From Trichosphaerium sp. ATCC 40318 (taxonomy: Eukaryota; Protista; Tubulinea), in the NCBI GenBank assembly GCA_038496445.1, contig JALMLS010000255.1, forward strand, positions 186,001 to 250,000: a DNA stretch of 64,000 nucleotides, written 5' to 3'. Position numbers and translations under genes: made by a program. Of this stretch, positions 37,166 to 51,553 are shown in pieces. The notes below the pieces were generated by a model. It had not been told where the DNA came from. It did not search any database and worked only from the letters and a program-made list of their open reading frames with translations. Every line of letters starts with the position of its first letter. Positions within the stretch are counted from its first letter, which is position 1.

Positions 37166-40100
37166 ATGACAACGAGAAAACACGCCAAGAAGCTCACTCA
37201 GTCAGAGTTGAAGCCATGGCAGCAGAAATTGCGGGTTATAAAACAGGCTGTTACAAGCGTCAGGTACTAGTGACCTAAACCAAGCAAAACTGACCAAAAC
37301 TACAGGATAAACGACACAAGGGAAGCAGCGAGACAATTGGGACAATTGGTATGAAATTATGTCGGTTTATTATTTATTCGCTCAAAGGTCGGTTTAAACG
37401 CGCGAGTGATGAAGGCAGAGTTTGCTTTGTTCATGGAGGACGTTAATAATATAATCTCGGACCTAGTGCGCAGCAATGTACAACAATCAAATCTGGCTGG
37501 CATGATATGTCTGTGTGCGTTTGAAGCTCAAACAAGGCGATTTTTCGTGTCTGACATTTTATGTCACCCCGATTTTAATGTTGCTATGAGCTCTTGATAG
37601 AGATCACCGTTTTATTTACCTGTCACTTTTTTTTTCCCAACTGATGCCTAGATGAGTTGGTTGGTGTAGACTTTCAAGAGCACATTACAAAATTGAAGCG
37701 CTTGGCCGAGTACTTGAGGGTTGGTTTATCAAATTCTGATTCTAAAGTAATAGCAGAAGCTGCCCACGCGTTCGGTACACCTTCACATACACCTGTGTTT
37801 AACCATGTCACCAATATTGCTTTAAGGGAGGCTTAGTAAAGTTGGACGTACACTAACGAATGAAATGTGTGCCAGAGAAATCGCTCAAGCGCTTGCTGGT
37901 CTAGGTACCATTACAATGACACTTTATAATAAAAAAAATAAATTCCAAAAAATTATTTACCAATTCTTTTAAGGGGAGACTGAACTCAAGACCGAGTCTA
38001 GACGCTATGCACAAGTATATGTGTTACTCAATCTTGCGAAACACGCGCCTTACTTATTTTACACTCACTTACAAACGTTTTTGGACAAATCAACCGGAAT
38101 TTGGGTTGCCCTAAGAGATCCTCGTGCAGACTTGAGAATAGTACGCTGCTAAACCGCACTAAAGGCTTATTTAACACTTATTTAGAGTGCTGCCGAAACC
38201 GTGGGTGCGGCATTAGCCATTATCACTGAAAGGGAGAACAGCACACAATACACATCACGTATTTACGAGGAAGCTATAAAGGTACTTTTGATACATATCT
38301 CGAGTCAAATTAATCAGGTGTGTAGGGTTTTGAATCTCAGAATGAAGATGTACCTAGCATACATGGCTCCCTTCTTACTTTAGGAGAGTTGCTTACGCGC
38401 TGTCCTACGTTTATGACGGGCTCTGGACGCCTGGACGTTACCTGTCACATGATGCTTAAATATAAAGACATAAAGGACAAGAATGTCAGACATTCAGTAA
38501 TAGACCTACTGCCGCGATTGGCGCGATGTAGTCCTAAAACATTTACAAAGAAATATCAGCCAACAGTAATGCCATGGCTCGTTCCTCTTATGGAAGGAAA
38601 AGACGAATACGCCAAGCGCTCTTTCCTCAGTGTCGGCAAAATTTCGTTGGTATGGCAGCTATCATTCAACTTTTTACTTTATTTTCTCACGTGTCTTGCA
38701 GGCGATAAAGCAACACAAAGAATTTAATAAGCATTTACCGGCTATAATACAAAACATAAGAAATGGATTGGTAGATGACCCTAAAATGGCAGCTTTTAAT
38801 GCAGCACTGCTACAGTGTATTACTATGCTTTCAGAAGCAGTGGGACCAGCAATCCATCAAGGATGTGATATGGGTGTATTCCTCGGTAAGAAAACTTCCA
38901 ATTGTTATTGTTATTGTTTATGCAAATTTTACTAACGTCTTCTATCATAAAAAGACCAAATTTTCTCTGTTGGGTTGAGCACAGAATTAGTAAAGTGCAT
39001 TGACACTATGTTAAAAACAATTCCGAGTCTTGCAAGAGACCTACAAAACAGATTGATAAATTTGCTCAAAAATATTTTGCTTCCTGCGCTAACACCACAA
39101 AGTGGTAAAGCCCACACTACCACCAAGTGAGTTTCATAGTATTACAGTATTCGGCTGAAATCACTTACTCTTCTGCTAGAACGAAACGGGACATGTTGAA
39201 ACGTGTTGTATCTAAACCCGCAATGGGAAAGCAAAAACAAAGTAGCCAACAAATCGCTATACAACAAATTGCTCTCGCCCTCAGAACATTGGGAACGTTT
39301 AACTACATGGTCTGTTATTTACCAGGTCAAAGCAATACTAACTAAAATGATAGGTGATGATCGAGGGTACTGTAGTATTCGCACGTGATGTAGTTGTAAA
39401 GTTTTTGGATTTCGGTAAGAAGCACTTACGGTTTGTTGTTTTTCTCATTACTTCCTGTAGAAGAACCTGCGATTAGACAGGAAGCTGCAATAGCATGTGC
39501 CACGTGGTTGGTGCAAGAGCTTCAAAAGAGAACCACACGGAAACAAAAGTTAAATTTCGATGGTGAAGACATGTTCTCACGTGTACTTACCCTTGGTATT
39601 ACTGACCCAGGTACGTAATTATTGGTGGCATTACTCTGTAACTAATGTCGCTCTCTACAGATCCTTCGATACGCTACAAAGTGCTGGGGTCTCTTGGAAA
39701 ATCGTTGGACGTGTATTTGGAAACAGGAGACAGTTTGCGGTCCCTCTTTATGGCGCTATATGACGAAAGTTTCAAAGTTCGCAACTTAGTGATGGAAATG
39801 ATTGGTAGACTTGCCATTCGTAACCCTGCCTCTATAATGCCATCTGTAAGTTTAGGCAGTTTAGTATTTTCATTTTTAACTTGTGCGTAGGTCCGTAAAA
39901 CGTTGACGGATCTCCTTACTGAATTCGGTGCGTTGTGTCAGACTGGCTGATAGAAAGCTAACAACTTCTTACAGAATTCGCTGGAACAGAGACGCACAAG
40001 GAACAGAGTGCGCGCTTGTTGGGTACCCTTATAGGCGCATCAGGAGATTTAATTAAGCCTTACGTTTTCACCATTTTGGAGACGTTACTGCCAAAACTTA

Positions 40101-43100
40101 AAGATGGCTCTGATGCTCTACAACTTGCTGTTTTGCAAGCTCTTGGGGAAATTTCAATTGTAGGATACCAAGAAATTGAAGTACATATGGAAAAATTGTT
40201 GCCGCTGATTCTTCGACTATTACAAGATCAAACAAGCCCTATCAAAAGGCGTATAGGCTTAGATGTTCTTTCCAATTTGGCGGGCGCAACTGGTACGTCA
40301 CTGATTACAATTGTTTGCATTTGAGTCTCACCTGTACCAAAGGTTACGTCATTGAACCGTACGAGAAATACCCACGGCTTTTCGATATTCTATTTTGGAT
40401 GGTTAAAACTGAGCGCGAAAAACATGTTCGTATGAGTTTACTCAAAGCGTTGGGCGTTCTTGGCGCTATAGATCCTTATAGAATAAAGAGTGCACTGCAG
40501 TCTCGAGGCGACCTTTTGGGCGTACGTCAAATCAAAAAAAAAGCAGTTCCTTCTCAAAGTTTATGTGTGTAGGAAGCGGCAGGTGGTCCATCAGCCCAAA
40601 GCCTGGCGCCATCAGATCCAGATTACTATTTGATAACAGCTATCCAGGTAGTAACCCCCTCTTGCTTTCTTGTGTTGATGTTTGGCATATAGGTGTTAAC
40701 GTCAATTCTTTATGATTCGTCACTTGCGACTTACCACAATCAAGCTGTCGATGCTCTTGTGCGCATAGCGAAAAACTGTTTACCTCAGATGGACGAAGAG
40801 AGTTCTGGATCATCTGACAAGGAGGATAACAGCAGAACCCGTGGAAGGGCAACGAAAAAACTGAGTATTCCAAACCTCAAACAAAACAGAGCAGCCAGAC
40901 GAAAGGCCATACTATCAAAGATTATGCCTGTAATGCTGTCTCTTATAGACAAACCTCAAGCGCCAATAACCAAATTGTTGATAGAACATTTAACAAGTTT
41001 GGTTCAAATCGTTGGGGATGACATAACAGACTACTTGGAGCAAACCTTTCATGTTATTCAACGCTTTTGGGATTCCACAGATCTTCTCGAAAGTATCATG
41101 TACCTCATGGAAGAACTTGCATCTGCTCTTGGTAGTCGATTCAAGGGCTATCTCCCTGGAATTATTCCGCAAATTTTAAAGCGGTTGGAGTTGCAAGTTA
41201 GAACCACTACGAGGCTTTTACTGAGAAGTCTTGCAGTACTAGGGCCGTTCCTGGATGGATATTTACATCTAGTCACATCGGCTATACTAGTGATATTCAG
41301 CAACGAAGAACTTGTACAAGAGATGCGTGTACTTGCTATCAACACGTTGACAGCGATCGCTAAGCACTTGAACTTGGCTGAATACGGATCTAGACTGATA
41401 CACCCAATCTTGAAGGTTTTTGAGCAGGAACCTAGCAATTCTGCACTTGTTCGTGGTTCTGTTGATTTCCTGTGCTACCTGGTTTTCCAAATGGGACCGG
41501 ATTATGCGATCTTTATACCTGCTGTTGCAAAGTTGTTACGGTTTAAGCAAGTCAGTCACAAGTCGTACAACACTATTACCAACAAACTGATGAAAAACCA
41601 GACGTTGAACAAGGTACAAACCTCAGCCAATACCCCTTTTTTTGTTTGATTTCCTTGAGTCTTATGCACTATTCCTAGACGGAGCTTCCCGAGGTAGATA
41701 CCCCAGAAACTATAATAGAATCGCGTCCATCACACTCTTATAGCATTGGCGGGCTAAGAGGTACTACTTTTTGTTTGGAAAGCCTATTTGCCTAACTTTT
41801 ATGCTTCACCAAAATCTAACCCTATGTAGGTAGCGTAAGTGGTATTACGCCTAGAACAGGAAGTCTGTCGGGTGTAATGAAAAAACCTAGAATGAATGAA
41901 GAAGCTCTACAAAGATCATGGGATACTACGCAACAATCTACAAAGGAAGATTGGGCAAACTGGATGCGTAGCTTCTCTGTTGAGCTTGTCCGCGAGTCAC
42001 CCAGCCTGGCGATACGGTCATGTTCTCAGTTAGCACAAGTATACTACCCACTTAATGAGAGATTGTTTCCAGCAGCGTTCTTATCCTGTTGGCACCGTCT
42101 CAAGAAACCAACTAAAGAACAGCTTTTGTCGTCATTGAAGATTGCTATTCTGTCACAGCATATGCCTTCTGGTACAATTATCTCTTTTTAAAAATACGTT
42201 AAATTAAATGTCCATAGGTATTTTACAAACGCTTCTGAATCTCATCGAGTTTCTGGAGCATGCGAACGTTGGTAGGATCATTGATCCTAAGATTCTAAGC
42301 GAGAGAGCAGAAAAGTGTAGGGCCTATGCTAAAGCGTTGCATTACAAAGAAATCGAATTTCATGATATCGTGTCAAAAGGATTCAAAAAACCTCCGCCAA
42401 AGCCAGAAACACCTATTACGTACAGAAAGGCTACATTGCACGCTCCCCCATTACCACCTCCTACAAAGAAAGATGGTGAAGGCGAAATGATTGCAATTGA
42501 AGCGCTCATTAGTCTAAACAACCATCTACAACAAGCCGAAGCGGCCAATGGTATTCTCATATGGGCACAACAAAACCAAAGAGACGCCAAGCTCAAAGAG
42601 ACTTGGTATGAAAAATTGAACCAGTGGGACTGTACGTACTATTTTGTCTTTTGTCTGTAGACTTAGTATACTGTTACTGACAAGAATTTAGCTGCTTTGC
42701 GTGTTTACCAATTGACTGAGCGTCAAGTCGAGAAAGGGACTGCAGAAGAAATGGCTGTTAAGGTTGGCATGATGCGTTGTTTGTCAGCGTTGCGTGAATG
42801 GGCTCAGCTCCTCCACATTGCGAAGCCTCTCTCTTTTAAAAAGTTCTCTAAATTTACACGTGAGGGCGCTACGCTTGCAGCCCGTGCGGCATGGCATCTG
42901 CGCGATATGGCCAGACTCGAAAAATACGTTAAAATGATCGATGACAGTTTACTCCAAGGACAATTTTTCCGCGCTATCCTTCGTGTGCACAGTGGAGATT
43001 ATTCAAAAGTGAGACGACACATTAAGAGCGCAAGGGTTAAGATTGATAATGAACTTACAGCTCAGTCCGCAGAGAGTTATGAACGTGCTTATGGAGTACG

Positions 43101-46100
43101 CCCTTGAAATACAGGTTAGACCACCAAAGCGCTAATGATGTTTTGTAGAGCATGGTCGTATTACAGCAGCTTGCTGAAATGGAGGAGATACTTACTTGGA
43201 GGGATGCTTCACCACAAAGACGTGAAATGACGAGAAAAATATGGACAAAGCGGTTAACAGGTATTCAACGCAACATAGACACATGGGAAAATATTCTAGC
43301 AGTCCGTGCACTTGTACTACCTCCACAGAAAGATCAAAATACGTGGCTTAAATTCGCTGGATTGTGTAGGAAAGAAGGTACAAAACAAAACACGTGACCC
43401 CTTTATCTGGTATTACTTTACTGACCAATGCTAATTTTAAGGCGGAAAATTGGGTCTTGGTCACAAGGTTCTTGTTGAGTTGTTGGGTACCGATCCAAGT
43501 GAAGCGCCACTAGCACCTCTCCCACACACCAATCCTGAAGCTACTTATGCGTTCATTAAACAAATGTGGGCGGCACAGGTACCAAATGAGTTGGTTCAAG
43601 AATTCTGTTATTCAATGCGTTCTAGGTCCATGAGGCAGCCCACGATCAATTGACAAAACTAGAGACTCATCTATCAAAAGCTAACGGAGATTATACTGGA
43701 TTACACGCAAGAGTCAGCTCAAAACTTTGCGAGTGGCAACGAAGACTGACCGAGGTCGATCAAAAGAGTATTGCTTCGCTGCTAGCCGGCTCAGAGAAGG
43801 CTCTAGCCCTTAACCCCAACTCTTACAAAGCTGAACATGCTTGGGCTATGCTAAATTATGATATTCTAGCAGTTTACGAAGAAAGGAGCCCAGCACAAGC
43901 AGTCTTCCTTCAAAGGTACCGTTGTAATCTCGGAAGTACAACAACCACTATTTAAACTCGTACTAGGTTGATTGATGCCATAAAAGGATTCTTTAACGCT
44001 ATTGCTCTGTCACCTGACAGCTTGCGTGATATTCTTCGATTGTTGACGCTCTGGTTTGAATACGGAAGCTACAAAAAAGAAGTTGAAACTACGTTGAAGG
44101 AAGGTTTCTCTGATGGTAGAATAAGTATAGACACATGGTTGCAAGTTATCCCTCAGATTATTGCGAGACTTGATTCGAACATTCCTCAAGTACACGAATT
44201 GTTGGTCTCCATCGGACGGGCTCACCCACAAGGTATGTTACATGAAATGCGGTTTGGTGTGGCTTACAATACTCTAGCGCTTGTATATCCACTGACTGTA
44301 GCCACTAACTCTGAGAACAGAGTGCGCCAAGAAGGTACGTACACCTGAGAGTTGTTTCTGTGTTCTCAATTGTAACAAACTTGTGTTTAGCTGCCAAGAA
44401 CATTATGGATGAAATGAGGCGCGATAGCGGTCCTCTTCTTGATCAAGCATTGCTAGTATCTGAAGAACTTGTACGCGTTGCTATCTTATGGTTCGAACAA
44501 TGGCAAGGTGGCATTGAAGAAGCCGCCAAATTTTACTACACAGACCAAAAAGACCCGGCTCGAATGGTTACCATATTGGAGACACTGCACCAGAGTATGG
44601 ACAAAGGACCAAAGTCTCACTTGGAGATTCAATTCTACCACGCTTTTGGAAAAGATCTGAAAGAAGCTCGAGAGTGGTTAAAACGGTATCAACGTGAAGG
44701 CGATCATAACTGCATTAGACGAGGTAACGTCAACACAAAACAATTTTCATTTTTAGAACTTTTTTTTTGTGCAGTGACCTAACCGGCTATAGCTTGGGAC
44801 ATGTACTACGCTGTTTTCGTACAGCTATCTTCCATCCTGAAGACTACCAATACTGTGGATTTGCGTTATGCCGCACCAAAGTTACACGCAGCGCAGGACC
44901 TCGATCTCGCTGTGCCCGGCACGTATGCCGGAAAGAAAGGTTCTGAAGTCATTTCTATCGCAAACTTTCACGCACAGTACGCAACGTTTGATATGCACTT
45001 TTGTAGTTAATTGGTTGCACTAGTTTACACATCATTACTTCCAAGCAAAGGCCTAGGCGCTTGAGACTTGATGGTTCTGATGGCAAGGAGTACACCTTCT
45101 TGTTGAAGGGCCATGAGGATTTGCGCCAAGATGAGAGGGTGATGCAACTGTTTTTCTTGGTAAACAGTCTATTGAGCAATCACAGATTCTCTTCTACCCG
45201 ACACTTGAAAATAAGGTGACCGAAAACTTGTTCAGCCACAATCTCACTCTTTGCCAACTAGGCGATACTCAGTTACGCCGTTAACCCCAGGAAGTGGGTT
45301 GATTGGTTGGGTTCCAAACTGCGACACAATGAATGAACTGATTAAACAGCACCGTAAACACAATGAAGCGCAGCTCAAAAAGGAAATCAACCTTATTGGC
45401 CAACTTTCTGGCAAAAATTATGATGATTTAACGGTACGCCCTACTTCCAATGGCATAAAACTCACTTTACTGATTGTACAATTTATAGATCATTCAAAAA
45501 TTAGAAATATTTAGCGAGGCCATAGCGCTGAGCGATGGCAGAGATCTAGCCGCTGTTATGTGGAAAAAGAGCCCTTCGTCTGAGGTGTGGCTCAATCAAA
45601 GAACCATCTTTACACGCTCCCTTGCAGTCATGTCAATGGTACTCCCTTCACTTCAACCGTCTCACCGTTAGCACCTATTTTAATAAAATGCTTTAGGTTG
45701 GTTATATTTTGGGACTGGGAGACAGACACCCAAGTAATATTATGATACACAAAAACTCAGGTCAAGTGGTACACATCGATTTTGGTGATTGCTTCGAGGT
45801 CGCCATGAACCGAGATAAATACCCAGAGAATATCCCATTCCGGCTGACACGTATGCTCGTTAAAGCCATGGAGGTAAGTCACCACTTTGTTATGGTTTTT
45901 GTTATGTTCTACAAGCTACAGGTTCTCACGTGTTTTTGTTAGATTTCTGGTATAGAGGGCACATTCCGTACCACATGTGAAGTGGTCATGCGTATCCTCC
46001 GTGACAACCGCGAAAGTCTTATGGCTTTGTTGGAGGCTTTCGTTTATGATCCTTTGATCAACTGGAGGCTTCTCACAACGAGTGCGTCTAACATGAGCAA

Positions 46101-46479
46101 AAAAAGAAATAGTAGAATTGTTACTAACACTACTGTTCAACCAGGTGATGCATCCACGCCTAGCTCCGTGAAAAACGCAGGGTCAGTGCCACTCAGCCGC
46201 ACTGCCCACCAAATGTCACTCAGTAAGAAAGCAAGCATTGGAAGTAAGATAAGCATGAGCAAACCTAGCTTTGGAAAGGCTAGCTTGGGCAAGGAATCCA
46301 AGCACAGGCTAAACGACAAAGCGCTTCAAATTGTATCACGGATCAAACAGAAGCTTACTGGACGAGACTTCGAAGACAAGGAATTAGAAGTCAAAGCGCA
46401 AGTCGATAAACTCATACAACAAGCAACGAGTCACGAGAATTTATGTACTTTGTTCGGTGGTTGGTGTCCATGGTGGTAA
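37166..46479 (+). CDS. TOR: Target of rapamycin kinase (HEAT, FAT, FRB, PI3K-like kinase, FATC), many introns
   Basis: [56 protein letters not shown] (FRB), [68 protein letters not shown]. Confidence 0.97.
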
Positions 46480-46609
46480 AACCAATTAACTGTCGTCTTA
46501 TAATGTATTTTTAAACAATAAAAAAGTAAACGCTAAGCACGTGTTTGAGCATTGTGGCTCTTTCAAAATCTATTTTCGCCAAGAATGTATTGATGAAGGC
46601 GCTTGAACA

Positions 46610-49600
46610 CTAACACATTTGATGCAAAGCTTCTGTTAGCTTTCCTTTAACAGTCGCCAGGTTATTGTAGTCTGGTAACAATACGAGCTTACATGACGCT
46701 TTCGCCTACAGGTAAACAAACGTCAGCAAGGCGAAAGGTTTTGAAACAATTAATAACATACTATGACTGGATATTCTGGAGTGTATGCCTTTTGAATGAT
46801 TATTTTCTGGTGTTGTTTGGTGTTCCACGTTTGCGGAATGCACGTGCCACTAGCAAACTTTAAAAAGCGCCTGAGATTCATCTGTATGAAAACTGATTAG
46901 GGAGATCACGCAAAGCTAGCTATAGCTAGCTACAGATATCGTACAATGTTCAACTGGCCGATAGCACGGTGCACAAACAGAGGAGTTTTAGACTTCTGGA
47001 TAGACAAAGTGAGTAACATGACCGATATGCACCTAAGCATTGTAGCACTCACCTCTGGGTAGCCTTCAAACATAAGCATCTCTAAGACCTCTCCATGGCT
47101 CACGTATGCAGGGCCAGCGAAGATGAATTCAAGTTGAAGGCCAGACGTTTGGGATGGAACATCTGTAGACTCAAGACCAGCCCTAAAAGCGGTTAAATAA
47201 AGCAAACCTATACAAAAGGACAAAATACCAAAAACCCTCTTTGAAACTCTTCAGTTGTGCATGTCGTCGATTCAACAGCAACTCTTCTATCTTTAGTTGC
47301 ACATACTGTGTTTTGTTTTCTTCATTGACAGGAATTTGACCTAAATGCAAACTAAGGTAGGGGCGATACGGGGATACACGACCTCCATCCGGCATGACTG
47401 ATCCGAAGTTGAGTTTCAGGCTATTTACATATCGTACAAGGTTGATTTCATGACACGTGTACGCCTCCTCAGGGTAGCATTGCTGCTTTACATTAACAAT
47501 AATCACCAAAAAAAGCACGTGCCTCCAAGTCAGCTATACTGGGTCGCTCACCACAAATAAATTTATATACAAAAGGCGCAAAAGGAACTGATAGCGAATA
47601 TCCTACAAACTTGTCAGTATACTACACATCGCTCAAAGGAAATGAATTCAAAGTACCGTCGAGAATGGCTCTCATTGCAAGTCTACCCAGCGCCCAATAG
47701 TCGCGATGGTTCGATTGGAGGCCATTTGGCACATAAAAACCACCCTTTGAGACCAATGAGCTATGATTTTGATGAATTTATACAACATACCGGCGTCATG
47801 ACAAATAATTTTGCATCCTCATTGAACACTGAGTCTTTGGAACTCAAGTCAAACAGTTTGTGATACAACATTACTACGAGCCTATCTTCTTGGCCTATAA
47901 ATACTAGTATAAGAACAAAGCGCGTGTATTCCGCGTACCTTCGGAAACCAGGTCCCGCAAAGGCGCTGTTACAGGCGCTTTCTTGACGGTTTCAAGAATA
48001 GAGTCTAGTGCATCATCCATAATGACAATTGCACTGCCTTCGGACGCCTCAAGCTTGTCTGTAGCAAGCTTGTAAAACTGTGCAATGCCGTCAGCTTGTG
48101 TTTGAAACTTGTGGTATGGAGCACAGTGGGCATCATACGCCTCACTTTCAATATGAGGAAATAAGAAGAAACGTGATAAAAGTGCTTTGCTAGAAGTCAG
48201 GCGTTCGTCAGGATGTCGTCTGACAAGAGAACCTACGATGTAAACAATGTCATTGTCAACATACAGGCAAAAGAAATAATTATGTGTACCGATAAAAGTG
48301 TGCAAATCTACTTCTTCTAAAGCGTTCAAGGTTATTTGAACAACAGATTTCGGAGGTAATTCTACCTCTAAACCACTGTAGTAGTCCTTTAGTAACATGA
48401 CACCATAGGCATACATGTCCCCTGCAAAGCATACAACACCTTCTTCTACTCTCTCAGGTGCAATGAAATCTAAAAGAAAGCGTTTGTTGTTGCTGCTTAG
48501 GCAGAAAACCCTTACCTATCAAAGTGGATTCAACGTCAACACTCTCAAGTCCTACATCGAAATCCACCAAAACGGGTAGATTATCAACAATGTGGACACT
48601 CAAGGGATTTAGATTACCATGAGAAATACCATGCGTGTGGCAAAAATCTAGTGCTTCAAGAACGCGCCTGAGAATAGCCTTAGTGAGGTAACAGATCTAC
48701 CACGTTTTGACGCACCAATACATCTTCCGCTTCTCCGGTTCTTTGGGCGAGTGAGTTTGCATCCATTGGCTCAGTGTTGGAGCTGTCGAAACGTCGTGTT
48801 CAATATATCCTGAATACAAATCTATAACAATACACTGGTTATCATACCTTTTTTTCATTTTAGTAAATATAAGTTACCTACAAAGGCCTTATTAATCTTT
48901 TCAATCTAATCACAGCAGTTAATTACAATTCATTTAATTACTAGTAACTTACCAGTGGATATCCTCCTACTTTCTGAAGTGCAGTCACTTGATGGCGGAA
49001 ATGATTGACAACCAAATCAGACTCAAACATGACTTTGCGCAACACTACCTACATACAGAGTAAGCAACTACCTCTTATAATCTAGCACCAAAACAAGCAT
49101 ACCTGTTTACCATCGTACACCATCGTCTGCTTTACTGTCTTTACAGATCCATCATTATCTTCCAAAGGGCTACGACAGTATTGTTAGCGTCGACGTGTGA
49201 CGCGAAACATTGGAATAAACAAACTCGTTCAAACCAAGAAAGATCAAAACAACATACGAATATTCTGAGAATGTGACATCTGAAAGCAGGAATCCTTGCG
49301 CCTCAGCATCGTGAAAAGGAACTAGTGTTGGGTACTCGAAACTACCTTTATTATTTCTAAGAGCTTGTTATAAGATTGATTGTACCTCAACTCAGGGGCA
49401 GCATAGGACGTGACGTGTTGCAACCACGACCACAAAAAGGCTCGCTTTGACTTTAGATTTTGCAAAACAATTTTAGAAGATGGTTGTTGCTGACCCTTTG
49501 CAGTACTCTCGCTTCCATTCAATGGTATTTCCTCACCAAGACTCTCAATTTGATTACGTCTAACAGCACCATACTCATACTTTATGCTACGGAGCTGTGC

Positions 49601-51367
49601 ATCAATATCGCGTAAGCTCTTGAGATATTCCATCCCTGTCTCGGTTGTTAAAATGGGAAAACGTCATTGATGTAACGACCTCTTTTTTTTAATCGCTTCC
49701 TATTCTCCCACTCTAGAATATACTTTTGTACGACAGAATAGATGAATAGTATGTGAGAGAATCGCGTTGCCATATCCACAGCCCCTTGAAGCACGTGCTG
49801 ACCATGTAAATACATAGCCTAAGCTGAAATGAGTACATTTTGTTAAGTCGGATGTACCTTTATAGTAGCAGGTATGTTTATGCTACTCCCAGCAGCAGTC
49901 AGGTTGAATGCATTTGCCAATATCTCAATCTGCTTCTGAAACTCTTCGATGGCCACCAAACACAATTCTGGTGATATAGCTTGTCCTGGTATTCAAAGTT
50001 GAGATGCTTGAATGGCACCAACAATAGTCGTACCTTTCCACGACATTTGTGTCTTCTTCATAAACACTTTAATTTCATCAAGAACTAGGATTGGCTCGAA
50101 TTCACCAAAACATGTCGTAATACGCTTTGCAGCTTCTTTTCTGAAGAGTACATCCCTTGCATCCACGTTGAGTAGCAATATGTATTGTGTTGATCATACC
50201 TTGCCTGACGAAGGTCTGTGGTCAACGCCTTGCTGCCCAATCCAATGGCTTTCCGTATTTCATCGTCCTTAATAGCTATGCTCTTCTGTGTCTCAAATAC
50301 CTTGAAACTACGAAGAATAACATCTTCCACATAAGCAAATACGGTGGTTTGATACAAGGCATACCAAAGTCAATATCACAAGCCTTTTCAATCTCCGGCT
50401 TTACAGCGTTAACAAGCATACTCAATTCACAAATGTCCATGATATCCCGTATTTCCGGTTTTTTTACAATGTTGGGCATCACTTTTATTGGTCGTATTTC
50501 AGGAGCGCTTACTGGCCTAATGGTTTTAATTTGGTTGTTTGTCCACGTGCTTTACTTACCTTCCAAGTCTGGTAGGAAACAAGTCCAGGAGAAACGACCG
50601 ACGCTTAGTCATACGAGGAGCAGACGCAGCTTGGTCGCGTTCACGTTTGAGATTTAGAAGCTGAATCAATTCTACAACCTACAAATTATTGTTTAGGAAG
50701 CCAAGGTAAGAGTGAGTGAGCATGCCTCTGGATCACTTTCCAAACTACTATCGGCTGCGTTTTGTAGAAGCAGCTTTACAATACCCAACTTCCCGTGTCG
50801 TGCAGCCCAACAAAGTGCTGTTTCTGGCCGACAGAAATTAAGTGGAGCGCCATTGTCCAGTAGTAGCTACCAAATAGAATTTACAAAACAAGAAAAAAAT
50901 AATAGATGTTTTCAGCATACTTACGCGCACGAGTTGTGTGTTACCAATCTTGGCTGCCACGTGCAACGGGGTAATTTCTACTGTGACACCATAATGATCA
51001 ACAGACGTCGTAACATTTGCGTAAGCGCCACGGTTGAGAAGAGCCTCACAAATGAGCATATTTCCGGTCCTTGTCGCTGTTATCAGCGGCGGTCCAAACA
51101 CGTTCGAATCACGTTTTAGCTAGAGTTTAATTAAATGCGTAATAAGACAGCCTAAAGCAGTAATAAAGGTACCTTTGCGTTGAGTAATATTTCTGGACAA
51201 CTATTGAGCGCAGACAACACTTGTTCTACATTGCAGTCTTCAATGTGCTGAACGAGCGCTACAAAGACGTCTTTGTGTTGTACTGGAACTTCATTTGGTA
51301 CATATCTCCCTGGATTCGTTAACAAACGATCAAATCAATGGCTTTTACCAAGTGTATCGACTTGCAT
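46610..51367 (-). CDS. Ankyrin-repeat / kinase-like / HECT-domain protein
   Basis: ANK motifs PLITATRTGN, TPLHVAAKIG and TALLWAARHG; kinase-like HGNLNP..VLVDFD..FIAPE..GDMYAYG; HECT-like PSIADLE, IPVNEENKTQYV, QLKSFKEGF, FLKFASG, LLPDY...KL.EAL. TAG at 46612-46610. Confidence 0.78.
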
Positions 51368-51553
51368 GTCAAATGCTGTATTGATTGGTCTATCCTGACT
51401 CAAACTGTCAGAATTTTCCTACGTAATTAACGTGCTCATGTAATAATGTCGTGGCGTCAGTGACAGTGCAGTTTTACAAAAAATCAGAGTAAGTGTTTCG
51501 GCGTCAACATTTTTATTTGATCAGAAAGCTTAACAATACACCAAACTCACGTC
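51368..51553. promoter_or_regulatory. Compact bidirectional promoter (HECT gene / fumarase)
   Basis: 186 bp between divergent ATGs; cluster of TGAC/GTCA words. Confidence 0.5.
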
